Origin: Bdellovibrionales bacterium
GTDB lineage: Bacteria; Bdellovibrionota; Bdellovibrionia; Bdellovibrionales; UBA1609
DNA length: 64,000 nt
Direction of reading: 5' to 3'
Assembly (NCBI GenBank): GCA_965219095.1
Contig: OZ244719.1
Coordinates: forward strand, 32,001-96,000
Shown: positions 1 to 10,436 of the stretch, in pieces
Numbering within the stretch: the stretch's first letter is position 1
How the letters are laid out: each line of letters begins with the position of its first letter
Translations under genes and position numbers: made by a program
Notes under the pieces: generated by a model
What the model saw: the letters and a program-made list of their open reading frames with translations, nothing else
What the model was told of the DNA's origin: nothing
Database searches by the model: none

Positions 1-180
1 CAAACTCTCACCTTTTTCCAACCGTCCTTTGAATTCAGCTGTCTTACCCTTTAATTGATCATCAGAAAGCTCTGCAAATTGTTTTTCAAAACTGTTAATC
101 CTATCGACTAAAGGCCTTAAATTTTTTAACTGACGTTCATATTCTGTTCCTATAAATTTAGATATCACCCTTTTTAACAT
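1..180 (-). CDS. secA: Protein translocase SecA, N-terminal part (runs off window)
   Basis: Manual translation MLKRVISKFIGTEYERQLKNLRPLVDRINSFEKQFAELSDDQLKGKTAEFKGRLEKGESL is the typical SecA N-terminus. Confidence 0.93.
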   Translation of the reverse strand, partial: MLKRVISKFIGTEYERQLKNLRPLVDRINSFEKQFAELSDDQLKGKTAEFKGRLEKGESL

Positions 181-270
181 AGGCCTTTATTTTAACGGTA
201 AAAATTTTTTTTGTCCATCTTTAAAAGAAAGCTCTCTGTGAAGAGTTGTTCATCTCTGTATAAAAGAGTG

Positions 271-861
271 TTAATGTTCTTTAACACCTTTGAAACTCTT
301 CCGATGTTCACAAGTAGGCCCCCATTTCACTAAAGCCTTCCTATGCTCTCTTGTCCCATAGCCTTTATTTCTATGGAGGCCATACTCTGGATGCTTAAGG
401 GAAAGTTTAGCTAAATGTTCATCTCTAAAAACTTTGGCCACAATGGAGGCTGCGGAAATAGGTTTTGCTTTTCTATCTCCTTGAATTAAAGTTGTTTGTA
501 AATAACCTTTCAAACCTTTGATTTCAAACCTTCCATCAACTAAAATTTTTCTTTCTTCTGGAGAGGTTTTTAAATCTAAAACAGCTCTTTTCATGGCTAA
601 CAAAGAGGCCTGTAAAATGTTCAATTCATCAATTTCTTTTACCGAAGCCCAAGCTAAAGACACTTTATAAGACTGATGAATGTGTAAAGATAAACGTTTT
701 CTTATTTCAGAACTTAAAAGTTTTGAATCTGTATAATGCACAATCTCTGAATCCTCTTGACCTTGAAATAAAACAGCAGCCGCACAAACCGGACCTGCTA
801 AACAACCTCGACCAACCTCATCAACTCCTATAACAGGAACATAACTCTGCCAGTCAAACAC
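271..861 (-). CDS. rnhB: Ribonuclease HII
   Basis: GVDEVGRGCLAGPV, DSK, AASIVAKV and HRKSF motifs; follows rplS. Confidence 0.97.
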   Translation of the reverse strand: MFDWQSYVPVIGVDEVGRGCLAGPVCAAAVLFQGQEDSEIVHYTDSKLLSSEIRKRLSLHIHQSYKVSLAWASVKEIDELNILQASLLAMKRAVLDLKTSPEERKILVDGRFEIKGLKGYLQTTLIQGDRKAKPISAASIVAKVFRDEHLAKLSLKHPEYGLHRNKGYGTREHRKALVKWGPTCEHRKSFKGVKEH

Positions 862-1326
862 TTACTCGGAACCGTTTTCAGAAGAATTTGTACTCTGAGA
901 AAACCCTTCCTCTCTTTGTTCTTCTTCTTGTTGAGATGTTTTAGAACTTGTTTTTTTCTTTTCAGAAAATGATAAATCGTCTCTTTTCATTTCAATTCTA
1001 GCTGCCCTTCCTTTTCTTTGTCTTAAATAAAAAAGACGACTTTGCCTTACTTTGCCTCTAGATTCCACAACAATCTGGTTGAGAACAGGACTTGTAAAAG
1101 GAAAAGTTCTTTCCACACCCACACCCCCAGAGATTTTACGAACTGTAAAATTACGTCCCATACCCTCTCCTCTGACTTTTAAAACAGTCCCTTTAAAAAC
1201 CTGAATTCTTTCCTTGCTACCTTCTTTAACTTTTACATGAACTGAAACCACATCACCTGACTTAAAAAAAGGATGCTTTTTCACATTTTTCAAAAGACCT
1301 AGAGTCACTTTCTGAGTTAATTGCAT
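862..1326 (-). CDS. rplS: 50S ribosomal protein L19 with low-complexity C-terminal tail
   Basis: KERIQVFKG, TVRKISGGVGVERTFP, GKVRQSRLFYLR. Confidence 0.97.
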   Translation of the reverse strand: MQLTQKVTLGLLKNVKKHPFFKSGDVVSVHVKVKEGSKERIQVFKGTVLKVRGEGMGRNFTVRKISGGVGVERTFPFTSPVLNQIVVESRGKVRQSRLFYLRQRKGRAARIEMKRDDLSFSEKKKTSSKTSQQEEEQREEGFSQSTNSSENGSE

Positions 1327-1336
1327 AAACTAAGGC

Positions 1337-1882
1337 TTACCATTTTCCTAAAAGACGGTCAAGACAGATGCTCACAGCCGATCTTACTGACAAATGGCGG
1401 TAATCATCTTTAGATGAACCTCTTATGGGTTCTAAAAGACCATGGCAGAGGCTAAGAGCTTCTGTATGAAGCCCAAAACCAGTTCCAAAAACTAACATCA
1501 AGGGGTTTTTAGAGTCCTTAATTTCTTTAAAAGACAAAGTTTTCTTATTTAAAGACCTTGCTGCTGTTGCTAAAACTAGAGCCTCTTTATGCCACGAGTT
1601 AATAGCTTCAAACAAACTCTCTTTCATAGAAACCATCCCTAAAGCTGTACTTCTCATAGGATTAAACTTCATTCCATAACCTGTTTTCCAATGTCCCATT
1701 ACTCTAGAGGCAAAAGAAAGCTGCTCCTTCATGGGATGGATAAGAAAATACTCTTCCACACCAAAAGTTCGACAAGCTCTTGCGATGTCATGAAGATCAA
1801 AGTTTGTAATGTTAGTACACACTTTCTGCCCCCTTCGATCCAAAATAGGAAAATGCACCAAAGCTACACTGACTTTTCTCAT
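1337..1882 (-). CDS. SPOUT-type SAM-dependent RNA methyltransferase (TrmD-associated, DUF2168-like)
   Basis: ALVHFP..TNFDLHDIARACRTFG, VFGTGFGL, YRHLSVRSAVSICLDRL; ATG at 1882 overlaps the trmD stop. Confidence 0.85.
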   Translation of the reverse strand: MRKVSVALVHFPILDRRGQKVCTNITNFDLHDIARACRTFGVEEYFLIHPMKEQLSFASRVMGHWKTGYGMKFNPMRSTALGMVSMKESLFEAINSWHKEALVLATAARSLNKKTLSFKEIKDSKNPLMLVFGTGFGLHTEALSLCHGLLEPIRGSSKDDYRHLSVRSAVSICLDRLLGKW

Positions 1883-2655
1883 AAAATTTTTTCTAAATCT
1901 TTTTTGTTCAAGCCGCAAGATTTCAGTTCACAACACTCTAAGTTATAAAACTTTAAAGCTATTTCTTTAAGGTGTCTTTTATCCTCAAAGGACAAAAGAT
2001 CAGGACGTAAGAGAAAGGTTCTTAAAAGGGAAAGTTCTTTTTTAAATTTTTGAATTCTCTCATGATGACCTGATAAACAAACAGAAGGAACTTTTAAACC
2101 CTCCCATAAACGAGGTCTGGTCCATTGAGGGCTTTCTAAACATCCGTAAGTTGAAAAACTTTCTTGTCGAAAAGAATCCTCATTCCCTAAAACACCAGGA
2201 AGCCACCTTAATAAAGAATCCAAAACTAATAAACAAGGAAGCTCTCCTCCACTAACTATAAAATCGCCTACAGATATCTCCTCATCAACAAACCTCGAAA
2301 GAAACCTTTGATCCACTCCTCCATAACGAGAACAAATCAAAGTAAGAGATTTTTGTTGAGACCAAGTTTGGCATTTATCATAAGACCATTTTTGTCCTTG
2401 AGCCGAAAGGTGTACAACCCTTCCTCTTTCAGGAAGAGAAAGAAGAGCTTTTTTCAAAGGTTCTGCGAGCATAATCATACCACCACCTCCTCCGTAAGGA
2501 GCATCATCAATACTCTTATGGGCATCTTCTGTAAAATTCCTAGGATTTACAAGTTCTAATTCAAAAAGACCCTTTTTCAAACCGCAAGATAAAACACCTT
2601 GTGAAAAGTAGTTTTTGATTACACTAGGAAATAAGGAAATAACATAAATCTTCAC
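1879..2655 (-). CDS. trmD: tRNA (guanine37-N1)-methyltransferase
   Basis: DDAPYGGGGGM, SRYGGVDQR, SVGDFIVSGGE, WTRP, SGHH. Confidence 0.97.
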   Translation of the reverse strand: MKIYVISLFPSVIKNYFSQGVLSCGLKKGLFELELVNPRNFTEDAHKSIDDAPYGGGGGMIMLAEPLKKALLSLPERGRVVHLSAQGQKWSYDKCQTWSQQKSLTLICSRYGGVDQRFLSRFVDEEISVGDFIVSGGELPCLLVLDSLLRWLPGVLGNEDSFRQESFSTYGCLESPQWTRPRLWEGLKVPSVCLSGHHERIQKFKKELSLLRTFLLRPDLLSFEDKRHLKEIALKFYNLECCELKSCGLNKKDLEKIL

Positions 2656-3164
2656 AAACCAACTAATCCTTCAGGCAAGGTCATAAAAACTATTTTTTTT
2701 TCAAAATCAATCCTCTCCACAAATTCAGTGACAAAAGGTAATTGATAACGTTTTTTCTCTTTTTCAATTACAAGAAGATCCTGATGTCCGTTAGAAGAAA
2801 AATTTACAATTCGACCTAGACATTCTCCTTTGCAAAAAACAAAAAAGTTTAAAACCTCAATTAAATAAAGTTGTTCCCCTTTTTTTGAAATCAAAAAACT
2901 TTTAGGAATAAAAACTTTCGCTCCCTTAAGCTCTTTATTCACCTGCTGAGGTGTTCTCATCTTTTCAAACAACACAATCAAACCTTTATGACACTGTCTT
3001 ACAGAAGAAACCTTAAGTTCTAAAACTTCGCTATTTTTTTTTTGAACACGAAATCTTGTAATTTTTTTCTCAGACCAAGAAGAAGACTTTACATTTAAAA
3101 ACACAAGACACTCTCCTTTTACACCATGAGGTTTTTTAACAAAGCCGACTTCTTTCCAACGCAT
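2652..3164 (-). CDS. rimM: Ribosome maturation factor RimM
   Basis: KPHGVKGE, LPFV..FV and PEGL motifs; canonical operon position. Confidence 0.93.
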   Translation of the reverse strand: MRWKEVGFVKKPHGVKGECLVFLNVKSSSWSEKKITRFRVQKKNSEVLELKVSSVRQCHKGLIVLFEKMRTPQQVNKELKGAKVFIPKSFLISKKGEQLYLIEVLNFFVFCKGECLGRIVNFSSNGHQDLLVIEKEKKRYQLPFVTEFVERIDFEKKIVFMTLPEGLVGL

Positions 3165-3192
3165 AAAAGTGGAAAGTAGAGAAAAAAAGTTT

Positions 3193-3435
3193 TTACTCTA
3201 CAATTTCAAGAACACTTCTTTTTTTAAGCTTTGTGCTTGCAGCACTTAAGATCGTTCTCATAGAACGAGCTGTACGTCCCTGCTTGCCAATCACTTTGCC
3301 CAAATCTTCTTTAGCGACCCTCAACTCCACAACCGTGGTCTGCTCGCCCTGTACTTCACTTACTTCGACTTGATCAGGTTGATCGACTAAGCTTTTTGCC
3401 ATAAACTCAATGAGATTTTTTAGATTGATTTCCAT
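3193..3435 (-). CDS. khpA: KH-domain RNA-binding protein KhpA/YlqC
   Basis: [26 protein letters not shown]; lies between rpsP and rimM. Confidence 0.95.
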   Translation of the reverse strand: MEINLKNLIEFMAKSLVDQPDQVEVSEVQGEQTTVVELRVAKEDLGKVIGKQGRTARSMRTILSAASTKLKKRSVLEIVE

Positions 3436-3482
3436 GAACTCTTCTCCTTTTTGATTTCTAATTTGATTTCTAACTTATCGGT

Positions 3483-3719
3483 TTAAGATTTTTTTATAAG
3501 ATTTCTAACTCGCTTTGTCATTTGAGCTCCTTTTCCCACCCAGTAATCAATACGTTTTTTGTCTAATTTTAGAGTAACTTCCTGCCCCCTTGCTAAAGGA
3601 TTATAATAGCCTGCCACTTCAATAAAGCGACCTGAATTTGCCCTTCTCTGATCTGCCACAGTGATACGATATTTAAGTCTATGCTTTGCACCCCTTGGAG
3701 ATAAACGAATTACAACCAT
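3483..3719 (-). CDS. rpsP: 30S ribosomal protein S16
   Basis: MVVIRL, YRITVAD, GRFIE..GYYNP, WVGKGAQ. Confidence 0.97.
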   Translation of the reverse strand: MVVIRLSPRGAKHRLKYRITVADQRRANSGRFIEVAGYYNPLARGQEVTLKLDKKRIDYWVGKGAQMTKRVRNLIKKS

Positions 3720-3728
3720 AACAAGGAA

Positions 3729-3757
3729 ACTATACCTAAAAAAAATTTTAAGGTCAA
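3729..3757 (-). promoter_or_regulatory. Putative sigma-70 promoter of the rpsP operon
   Basis: TTGACC-N17-TATAGT ending 9 nt before the rpsP ATG; no SD sequence. Confidence 0.6.
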
Positions 3758-4183
3758 ACTCTTCTTGAACTCAGTTTCCAGACTTTGCTCCTCCTTCCAT
3801 TTGTTTCTTTCATAGTTTATTTTTTCCTTTGGCTTAGTCTTTGACATATCACATCATTTATCGCAATTCCTATTTTTAAGTCCCTTTCTCAGCACGGTCC
3901 ATATAACTTGCCAAAGTAGTTCTAAATAAGGAAACTCCACTTACATAGACCACAATAAAAAGAGGTATGCGAAAGAAAAGATTTATCGAACTCTTATTGT
4001 TACAGTAAAGCTTGAGATAAAATCTAGAGAAAACCCTAAATTTACAGTTTTTGAACGGATATGTTCTCGATAAATCTCAATCTCTTCTCTCATAAACTCA
4101 GGTTTATATGTTTTGACTTCCCCTCCCAACCAAGCCAAAGAAAACCCCTCTTCCCTATTATAGCTCTTCATCTCTCCTACTAA

Positions 4184-4806
4184 TACCATTTCCAAAAATT
4201 AATTCGACATTTTTTTAACTCATTGCGTCCTGGCTTTTTGATAAAACTCTGTTAAATTTTTAGAGTCATGTCGAAAAAAGATTTAGTTACACAGATTCAA
4301 GGGTATGATTTTCTGGCTACTTACAAAGTAGAAAGAAATCCCAATATCAAGATAAAACTCCAAGCTTTGCAGCATATGCAAGACGGAAAATCGATTCAAG
4401 AAACAGCAGGTATAGTTTTCTATCATCATCACAGTATCAAATCCTGTTACAGTCTTTTTTTGTAGACTTTGATTACGAGGGATTGATAGATCGAGAAGGC
4501 AGAGGACGCAAGCCTCGTTTGCCAGTGACAGAAGAAGAGAGGTTCAAATCAAGTTAGATGAAATTCAAGACAAAAGAGAGGGAGGAAGCATAGGAGCAAA
4601 GGAAATACAGAAACTTTTAGCAGATGAATTGTGATAGTTGCTATTCTCTTTCTGGGGTTTATGTTTCTTTAGACCGCCTTAATATTGTATGAATCAGTGG
4701 TCGTTCTCTTCATCCTAAAAGTTCATTAAGAAGCTATGGAACAGTTTAAGGAACATTTTCCAGAAGAGGTGAAGAAAATAAAAGAAAAGATTCAGACTCA
4801 TAAAAT
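4184..4806 (+). mobile_element. IS630-family type 1, 5' fragment (pseudogene)
   Basis: Left end TACCATTTCCAAAAATTAATTCGAC; near-identical to the 40285-41692 copy but with frameshifts and stops; cut by an IS5 end. Confidence 0.9.
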
Positions 4807-5100
4807 AGTCGAACGTGAAAAATTGACAAAAGCCTAGGATTTTTATGCCGTTATGATCTTTATCCCTGTTACTTTCTACTATAGAGTGTTAAATATTTTT
4901 TCATAACTTAAACAAAACAGTAGTTTTCAAGAAGGCGTACAGGCCTTTTAAGCCATTTCAGTGAAAAAAACGAAAAAAGACGCAACCTCTAGCATTAACT
5001 TTCTAAAATTTTGAGAAGTTCCTGATAAAAGACTATTACAATTAATAGCATCCCCTTGTGATCCTAATAAAAAGTTCCTTCCCATACGAGAATCTATTAC
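4807..5100 (-). mobile_element. IS5-family 3' fragment
   Basis: RMGRNFLLGSQGDAIN..NFRKL transposase C-terminus; end TAGTCGAACGTGAAAAA matches the end at 13866. Confidence 0.8.
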
Positions 5101-6242
5101 AATTAAATGCCTTAATTTTACTTTCTCATAAGATTTTAAATTTTCTGCATTTTTTAACAAGGGCCATCTAGCTTTTGTTAAAAGGAGTTCATACCCATCT
5201 TCTTTCATTTTTTTGTGTTCTGAAGCTCTCACTTCGTCTAAAGCCTTATTGAGTCTTGCTACGATATGAAACCGATCTAATATATTCAAAGCTTGACTTG
5301 CCCTTTCCTTTATTACTTTTAAATAGGGCTTCCACATATCAGAACACACAAACTGTATATCTTTTGACTTCTCTCCTAGTAAATCAAAGAATTTTCTAAA
5401 ACTCTTTTCTGTTCTTTTTTCTCCTATCCATAGCAAACGAACACTTTCTTTGCTTATTTCATAGACTAAGGTGAGATACTTATGGTTCTTTTTCTATTGT
5501 ATCTCGTCGACTCCTATAGCATATATCCCCTCTAAAACCCTCTGTTTTAAACCATACTCTACAACCCACTCCACTGAAGCATAGACCTGATTCCAACTGA
5601 CCTGAAACTTACAAGAAACCTCTTTCCAAGACAGGTGACGACACCAGTCAGCTAAGTACTTCATGTAAAAAATTGTTAGGTTTTTCTTCCCATCTGCCCA
5701 AGGTAAATACTCAACTTTTACTCCACAGCAAGGACAATTAACTCTTCTTACAAAATAAACAAAAAACACCTTGTAACTTAAAATAGGAAGGGATTCAAAG
5801 TCCCGTGATGATTTACTTCTGTCATACACTGAACAGGGCTTCTTACAAACACTACAAAAAGCTTGGCCATTTTTACGAGCCTTAATAGGAACATTAATTG
5901 ACTTTCTATCTTTTGAAAAATAAATGTCTCCGTATACAAAAGACTTCCATCTTAAACAATCATTTAGTATAGTCTTCAAAAGCATCTCTTCCCTCCTTTT
6001 TTTTTTTTTTTGAATAACATTTTAAGGCATCTGGGAAGTAGGTGCTTCTTTTTTAAAATTTTAATGTAATACAGCAAATAAAAGAATGTTTTTGAGTTCA
6101 ATCACCGGAGGTGATAGAGGCCAGTAAGGGCCTCAAAGAACTCAAAAATACAAGATAGGATGTCTTACTCTTGCTTTGATTAATATGAGCCTTTTTGGGG
6201 GATTTCTAGCTACTTTTCACCCACAGATTCCCGGGAGGAGCC
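5100..6242 (-). mobile_element. ISL3-family 5' fragment, transposase pseudogene
   Basis: CPCCGVKVEYLPWA, IGVDEI, CSDMWKPY, LDRFHIV; internal stop at 5494; end GGCTCCTCCCGGGAATCTGTGGGT. Confidence 0.9.
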
Positions 6243-6372
6243 AAAAAAACTGTCCTAGACCCATGGTTTATTAAAACAAGAGTGGAAACAGGAAGAGTAA
6301 AAGTATAGTTTTCTTCATCTTTATTTTCAAACAGTTGCAGACTTTCTACTAACCATACATAGGGTATAAAAG

Positions 6373-6445
6373 GAGGATGTTCCATTTCTCGGTGGAATTC
6401 TGCTCAAAAATAGAGCAGAATTCTACCGAGAAATAGGACGTCCTC
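6373..6445. repeat. 73-bp hairpin with 33-bp imperfect arms (MITE-like)
   Basis: GAGGATGTTCCATTTCTCGGTGGAATTCTGCTC, 7-nt loop, then its near-complement. Confidence 0.8.
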
Positions 6446-6457
6446 TATAAAAGAGTA

Positions 6458-7115
6458 TATAGTGCTTCCGTTTAAGTTTTCCGTTTTTTTTGAGTTGAGG
6501 TCTAGTTTTTATTCTAAGGCCTTGATAAAAAGTCATTTGTTTTTAAAAATAGTTTCATATGTCAGGGTTTCTATCAAAAAAAGAGCGAAAAGATTTACTC
6601 TATGAACTATCTCTAGAGAAAAATCTTAAATACGTAAAAAGGATTATGACAATTCTCCATTTAGATAAAGGTGAGTTGTGTAAAGATATTTCCCGTTTTC
6701 TTTTCATTGATGAGGGCACGATAAGAGCCTGTAGAAATCGTTATAACAAAGGTGGGATAGAGTGCTTAATCAACGACAATTACAACCCTAAAAGGTCCTT
6801 TTTAACTAAGAAAGAGGAGAAAATGCTTTGTAAGGAATTAGAGAAAAGAATTTTTCCATCATCACAGTCTGTCATCCAATTCATTGAGGAGAATTTTAGT
6901 GTTACGTACTCAACAAGTGGTGTGATTGATCTTCTCCATCGCCTTGGTTTTTCTTATAAAAAAGCCACAGCGATACCGGGTAAGGCAAAGAAAGAAGAGC
7001 AGGAAAAGTTTGTGCGTAAATACAAGAGAATTAAGAAGAAAGACGGTCCTGTTTACTTTGCTGATTCCACAGATCCTGAGTGGGGCCCTACGATTTCATA
7101 TGGTTGGATAAGAGA
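6458..7115 (+). mobile_element. IS630-family type 2, 5' fragment
   Basis: End TATAGTGCTTCCG; ORF 6559-7185 near-identical to the 60191 copy and truncated after YGWIRE. Confidence 0.9.
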
Positions 7116-7123
7116 AGTTATCA

Positions 7124-7358
7124 GTTATCAAATTATAAAGGAAAGTATGAATGCTGAGTGTAGCCAGTACAAAAAAAAAGGCTAAAAGAGACCTTATAAA
7201 ATCTTTCTTTTAGCCTTTCACCATAGCATTACTCAACCTAAAGACAACACACCTTAGTTGAAATAAAGGCCATGGATTTTGAAGAAAGCTAGAGCAAGGA
7301 AGATTTTTAAACTGACTTTGACATTACTCTAACTTCCTTTCCTTTATAATTTGATAAC
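7124..7358. mobile_element. 235-bp MITE-like element with 22-bp perfect terminal inverted repeats
   Basis: GTTATCAAATTATAAAGGAAAG ... CTTTCCTTTATAATTTGATAAC. Confidence 0.7.
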
Positions 7359-7588
7359 ACAAACTACTCTATTCAACTCACTTAAAATCTCGCTTCAATT
7401 GCCTTATAACCTTTGCGTTCCAAGCACTACATTCAACATAAGTATAAATATTTTATATTTATAAATCAAGGCTTAACACTATGGGCTAAATAAAAATTGT
7501 ATTTTTTTTCAAGACGGCGTGTTTGAAATGATTTGTGATAGATATGTGTATAAGTTTTACACTGAAAAATTCTTCTATAAATATTTTA

Positions 7589-8015
7589 TATACTGATTGC
7601 ACTTCAAAATCCACATATAGAGAGTGGGGTTAGTTTTTGTTGAAATGTCTTGATAACACAGAGTTTTATGTAAACAATATTTTTTATGGGAGCCTTGTTA
7701 TCAAAAAAAAAGCGTCAAGAGCTTTTATCAGCATTAAAGTGAGAAGATAAGAAAAGATATGCTTATCGGCTCCATATCATTCTTCTGTTAGATGATGGTT
7801 ATAGTCAGCGATAAGATATCGGAACTATTTTTTCTTGATCCAGGTTCTATTAACCGATGGCTTCAGAAGTATAAAGAAGGAGGAATAGACCTTTTAATAG
7901 CAGATTCCTATGAGAATAGCACTAAACGTTCTAAGCTTTCTCTTAAAGAGGAAAAAGCCCTTTCGTCTCATTTGAGTAAGAATCTTTATCATAAGGCCAA
8001 GGACATTGCTGTGTA
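7589..8015 (+). mobile_element. IS630-family type 3, 5' fragment (pseudogene)
   Basis: ATG at 7686 with in-frame TGA and frameshift; RWLQKYKEGGIDLL HTH region homologous to type 2. Confidence 0.7.
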
Positions 8016-8089
8016 TATAGTGAATACGCTTAGATTTTCCTGTTGATTCTCTAGAGAAAAAACTTGAAAACCTAAACGGAAGCACTATA
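8016..8089. mobile_element. 74-bp miniature IS630 type-2 derivative, copy 1
   Basis: TATAGTG...CGGAAGCACTATA ends; second copy at 33100-33173. Confidence 0.8.
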
Positions 8090-8500
8090 TAATAGACGGA
8101 CTTAGATCAAGATGAATATTGAGGTTTTTAGAAAAATCCAATAATTTGTGTTCATGCACTACATGTGAAGAGTAGCAGGTTAAGATTCTGAGAGATTTTA
8201 ACTGGCTTCTATCTCTTTGAAAGTTTTTTTGGATTTCTGTGAAAAAATTTTTACTTAAAGCAGAAAATTTTTCTTTTTCTGGATTCCAGTAAGTGATTCT
8301 TGCTTTAAATTCAGGGTAATGAGTATAAGGACTAATACTTAAGGAAGGGTTTTTATTTTCTCTCCTTGCTCTTGAATAACCATGGGAATGTGCTATGATC
8401 AAGACTTCATAGAATTCACTACTTAAAAGACAATTTTCAAGATCTGTCGGAGTAGCTCCTTTATAGTAAGAAACCTTTGGTTCATTTTGAAATAAGCTTT
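8085..8500 (-). pseudogene. Fragment of a hypothetical protein cut by IS ends on both sides
   Basis: Frame stays open upstream of 8402 up to an IS630 right-end remnant (TCTGTAATTGGTA, about 8500-8512). Confidence 0.45.
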
Positions 8501-8788
8501 CTGTAATTGGTATTACATAGGAAAGAACTCTTATCCCTATTCTTTGGTTTCAGTTTTCCGCTTACTGTAAGCCGATGACTTAAATCCATTTAAAACCATT
8601 CTCTCATCCTCAACCTTACATAAAGTAAGCTACACTTTGTTGGTTTAGTCTCTAACTCCCTATTCTCCTTGTAGGAGTGCGAATTTCTTATAAAAACTCC
8701 ACTAAAAAAATCAAGGCGGTTAAAGATTGAAAAAAAATATCCTATCAAGATACCTCCCTCATTATAATTTTCTTTTCAAACTCCTTTC

Positions 8789-10321
8789 GTAACTGCTCAC
8801 CTACATTGTTCAGTTATCCCTAACTTTAGACCTGTTTTAAGATAAAAGTCTTGCTCTTACAGATTTTCTTTTAAATACTCTTTTCAAATGACAATAAATA
8901 AGACCTCCATCAGAAATGAGATTGAAAATATAAGAAGTGACTTTGATAAGTTTGCAAAGAAAGGTTCTGTGCCTACTGAGATTTCTGTGATTGTTGAATC
9001 TCTCTTTAAGGTTGTGAACATTCTGATTGTTGTGCTTTTAGAAAAACAGGTTCGAAAAAATTCCAGCAACAGCGGTCTTCCTCCTTCGCAAGATTTTAGT
9101 CGTCAAGGGAATCGTAATAAGAAAGCTAGTGGGAGTCAGAAAAAGGGCTCTAGACTTGATAACAGTAAAGATACAAACAGTGAGGAGACTGTCTCTCCCT
9201 CAGAGTGTTCTCAGTGTGGGATGTGTTTAAAGACAGCAGAGGTAAAAAGCCTTGAAAAGCGTAAAAAGATTGATATTTTTTATGAAATTCAGACCCATAC
9301 TGTAACTTCTGAAGTTAAGGATTGTCCCTCATGTGGAGCTAGAAATAAAGGTCAATTCCCTAAAGGTATGAGTGGTCCTCTTCAGTATGGTATAGGCATT
9401 AGAGCTTCCATCATCAATTTCATTATAGTTCAGATGCTGTCTTTTAGAGCGTGTTGGGGAACATTACATGGGGCTTATAGGTCGAATGATTTCTCCTGCA
9501 GTTATGTTGAGATACATTGCTGAATTAGGAGAGTTTCTTAAAAGTTGGGAAGAGCAGATGAAAGAAAAGATACTTGAATCAGAGGTCATTCATGTTGATG
9601 AGACCTCTATGAGGGTTAAGGGTAAAAACTACTGGATTCATACTTATAGTTCAGGAGAATTAGTCTTGCAGTTTCTCCACCTTTCACGTGGAAGGGAAGC
9701 CATAAAAGATATTGGTCTCTTGGATAGATATACAGGAGTGCTTGTGCATGATTGTTGGAGTCCTTACTTTTGTTATGATAAGATAACTCATGCTTTGTGT
9801 GTGGCTCACCTTTTGAGAGAGCTTAAATTTATAGAAGAAAGCAATGGATTCAAATGGGCTACAAATCTCAAAAAACTTCTTAAAGAGACTGTGGAGTTAG
9901 TTCATAAAAAAGAGTCAAGAGTTCTGACTCAAAAAGAGTACGAAACTCTTCAGAGAAGGTATAGGAGTATTCTTACAAAAGGCTTAAAAGAGCTTCCAGA
10001 ATTTCCTAAGAAAAATGGCAAGAAAGGACGAATAAAGCATACACAAGCTCAAAACCTTTGGCTGCGATTTAAAAAGTATGAAGCAGAAATACTGTGTTTT
10101 TCTAAAAGAAAGAACGTAGATCCTACTAATAACAGAGCTGAAAGAGATCTAAGAATGACTAAAGTGAAAAAGAAAGTGTCAGGGTGTTTCAGAACAGAAG
10201 AAATGGCGAAATATTTTTGTCGTATTACCAGCTATGTTAAAACAATGAGAAATAGAGGGTATTCTTCTTTAGAAGCCATCTCTATGGCTTTAAATAAAAA
10301 CTTACGAGAGTGAGCAGTTAC
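8789..10321 (+). mobile_element. IS66-family (single-ORF ISBst12-like) element, full length, transposase frameshifted
   Basis: 12-bp IR GTAACTGCTCAC/GTGAGCAGTTAC; 8-bp TSD CTCCTTTC; KNSSNSGLPPS, HVDET, HDCW, TNNRAERDLR. Confidence 0.95.
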
Positions 10322-10341
10322 CTCCTTTCTTTATTAAAAAG

Positions 10342-10389
10342 GCCTCCTCAAAAGAACCTCCGGGAACCCACAGATTCTTTTGAGGAGGC
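10342..10389. mobile_element. 48-bp miniature ISL3 derivative, copy 1
   Basis: GCCTCCTCAAAAGAA...TTCTTTTGAGGAGGC; core equals the ISL3 3' end at 58780-58815; second copy at 42625. Confidence 0.8.
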
Positions 10390-10436
10390 GATCTTTTTTG
10401 CTTTTTGTTTTGAAGAACTCCAATTTAAGGAAAAAC

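Noticed and set aside
3983..4195. 70-aa ORF as a real gene
   Set aside because: Its start lies inside an IS630 inverted repeat; at most an unidentifiable truncated fragment
6087..6150. Hammerhead ribozyme resemblance (GTGATAGAGGCC..GGCCTCAAA)
   Set aside because: The conserved CUGANGA and GAAA core is not matched on either strand
7686..7745. In-frame TGA suggesting stop-codon recoding
   Set aside because: It occurs in a decayed IS with frameshifts; housekeeping genes translate intact with the standard code and some end in TGA
8888..10313. Programmed frameshift in the IS66 transposase
   Set aside because: No convincing slippery site seen; single-ORF elements of this type are normally uninterrupted, so mutation or sequencing error is more likely
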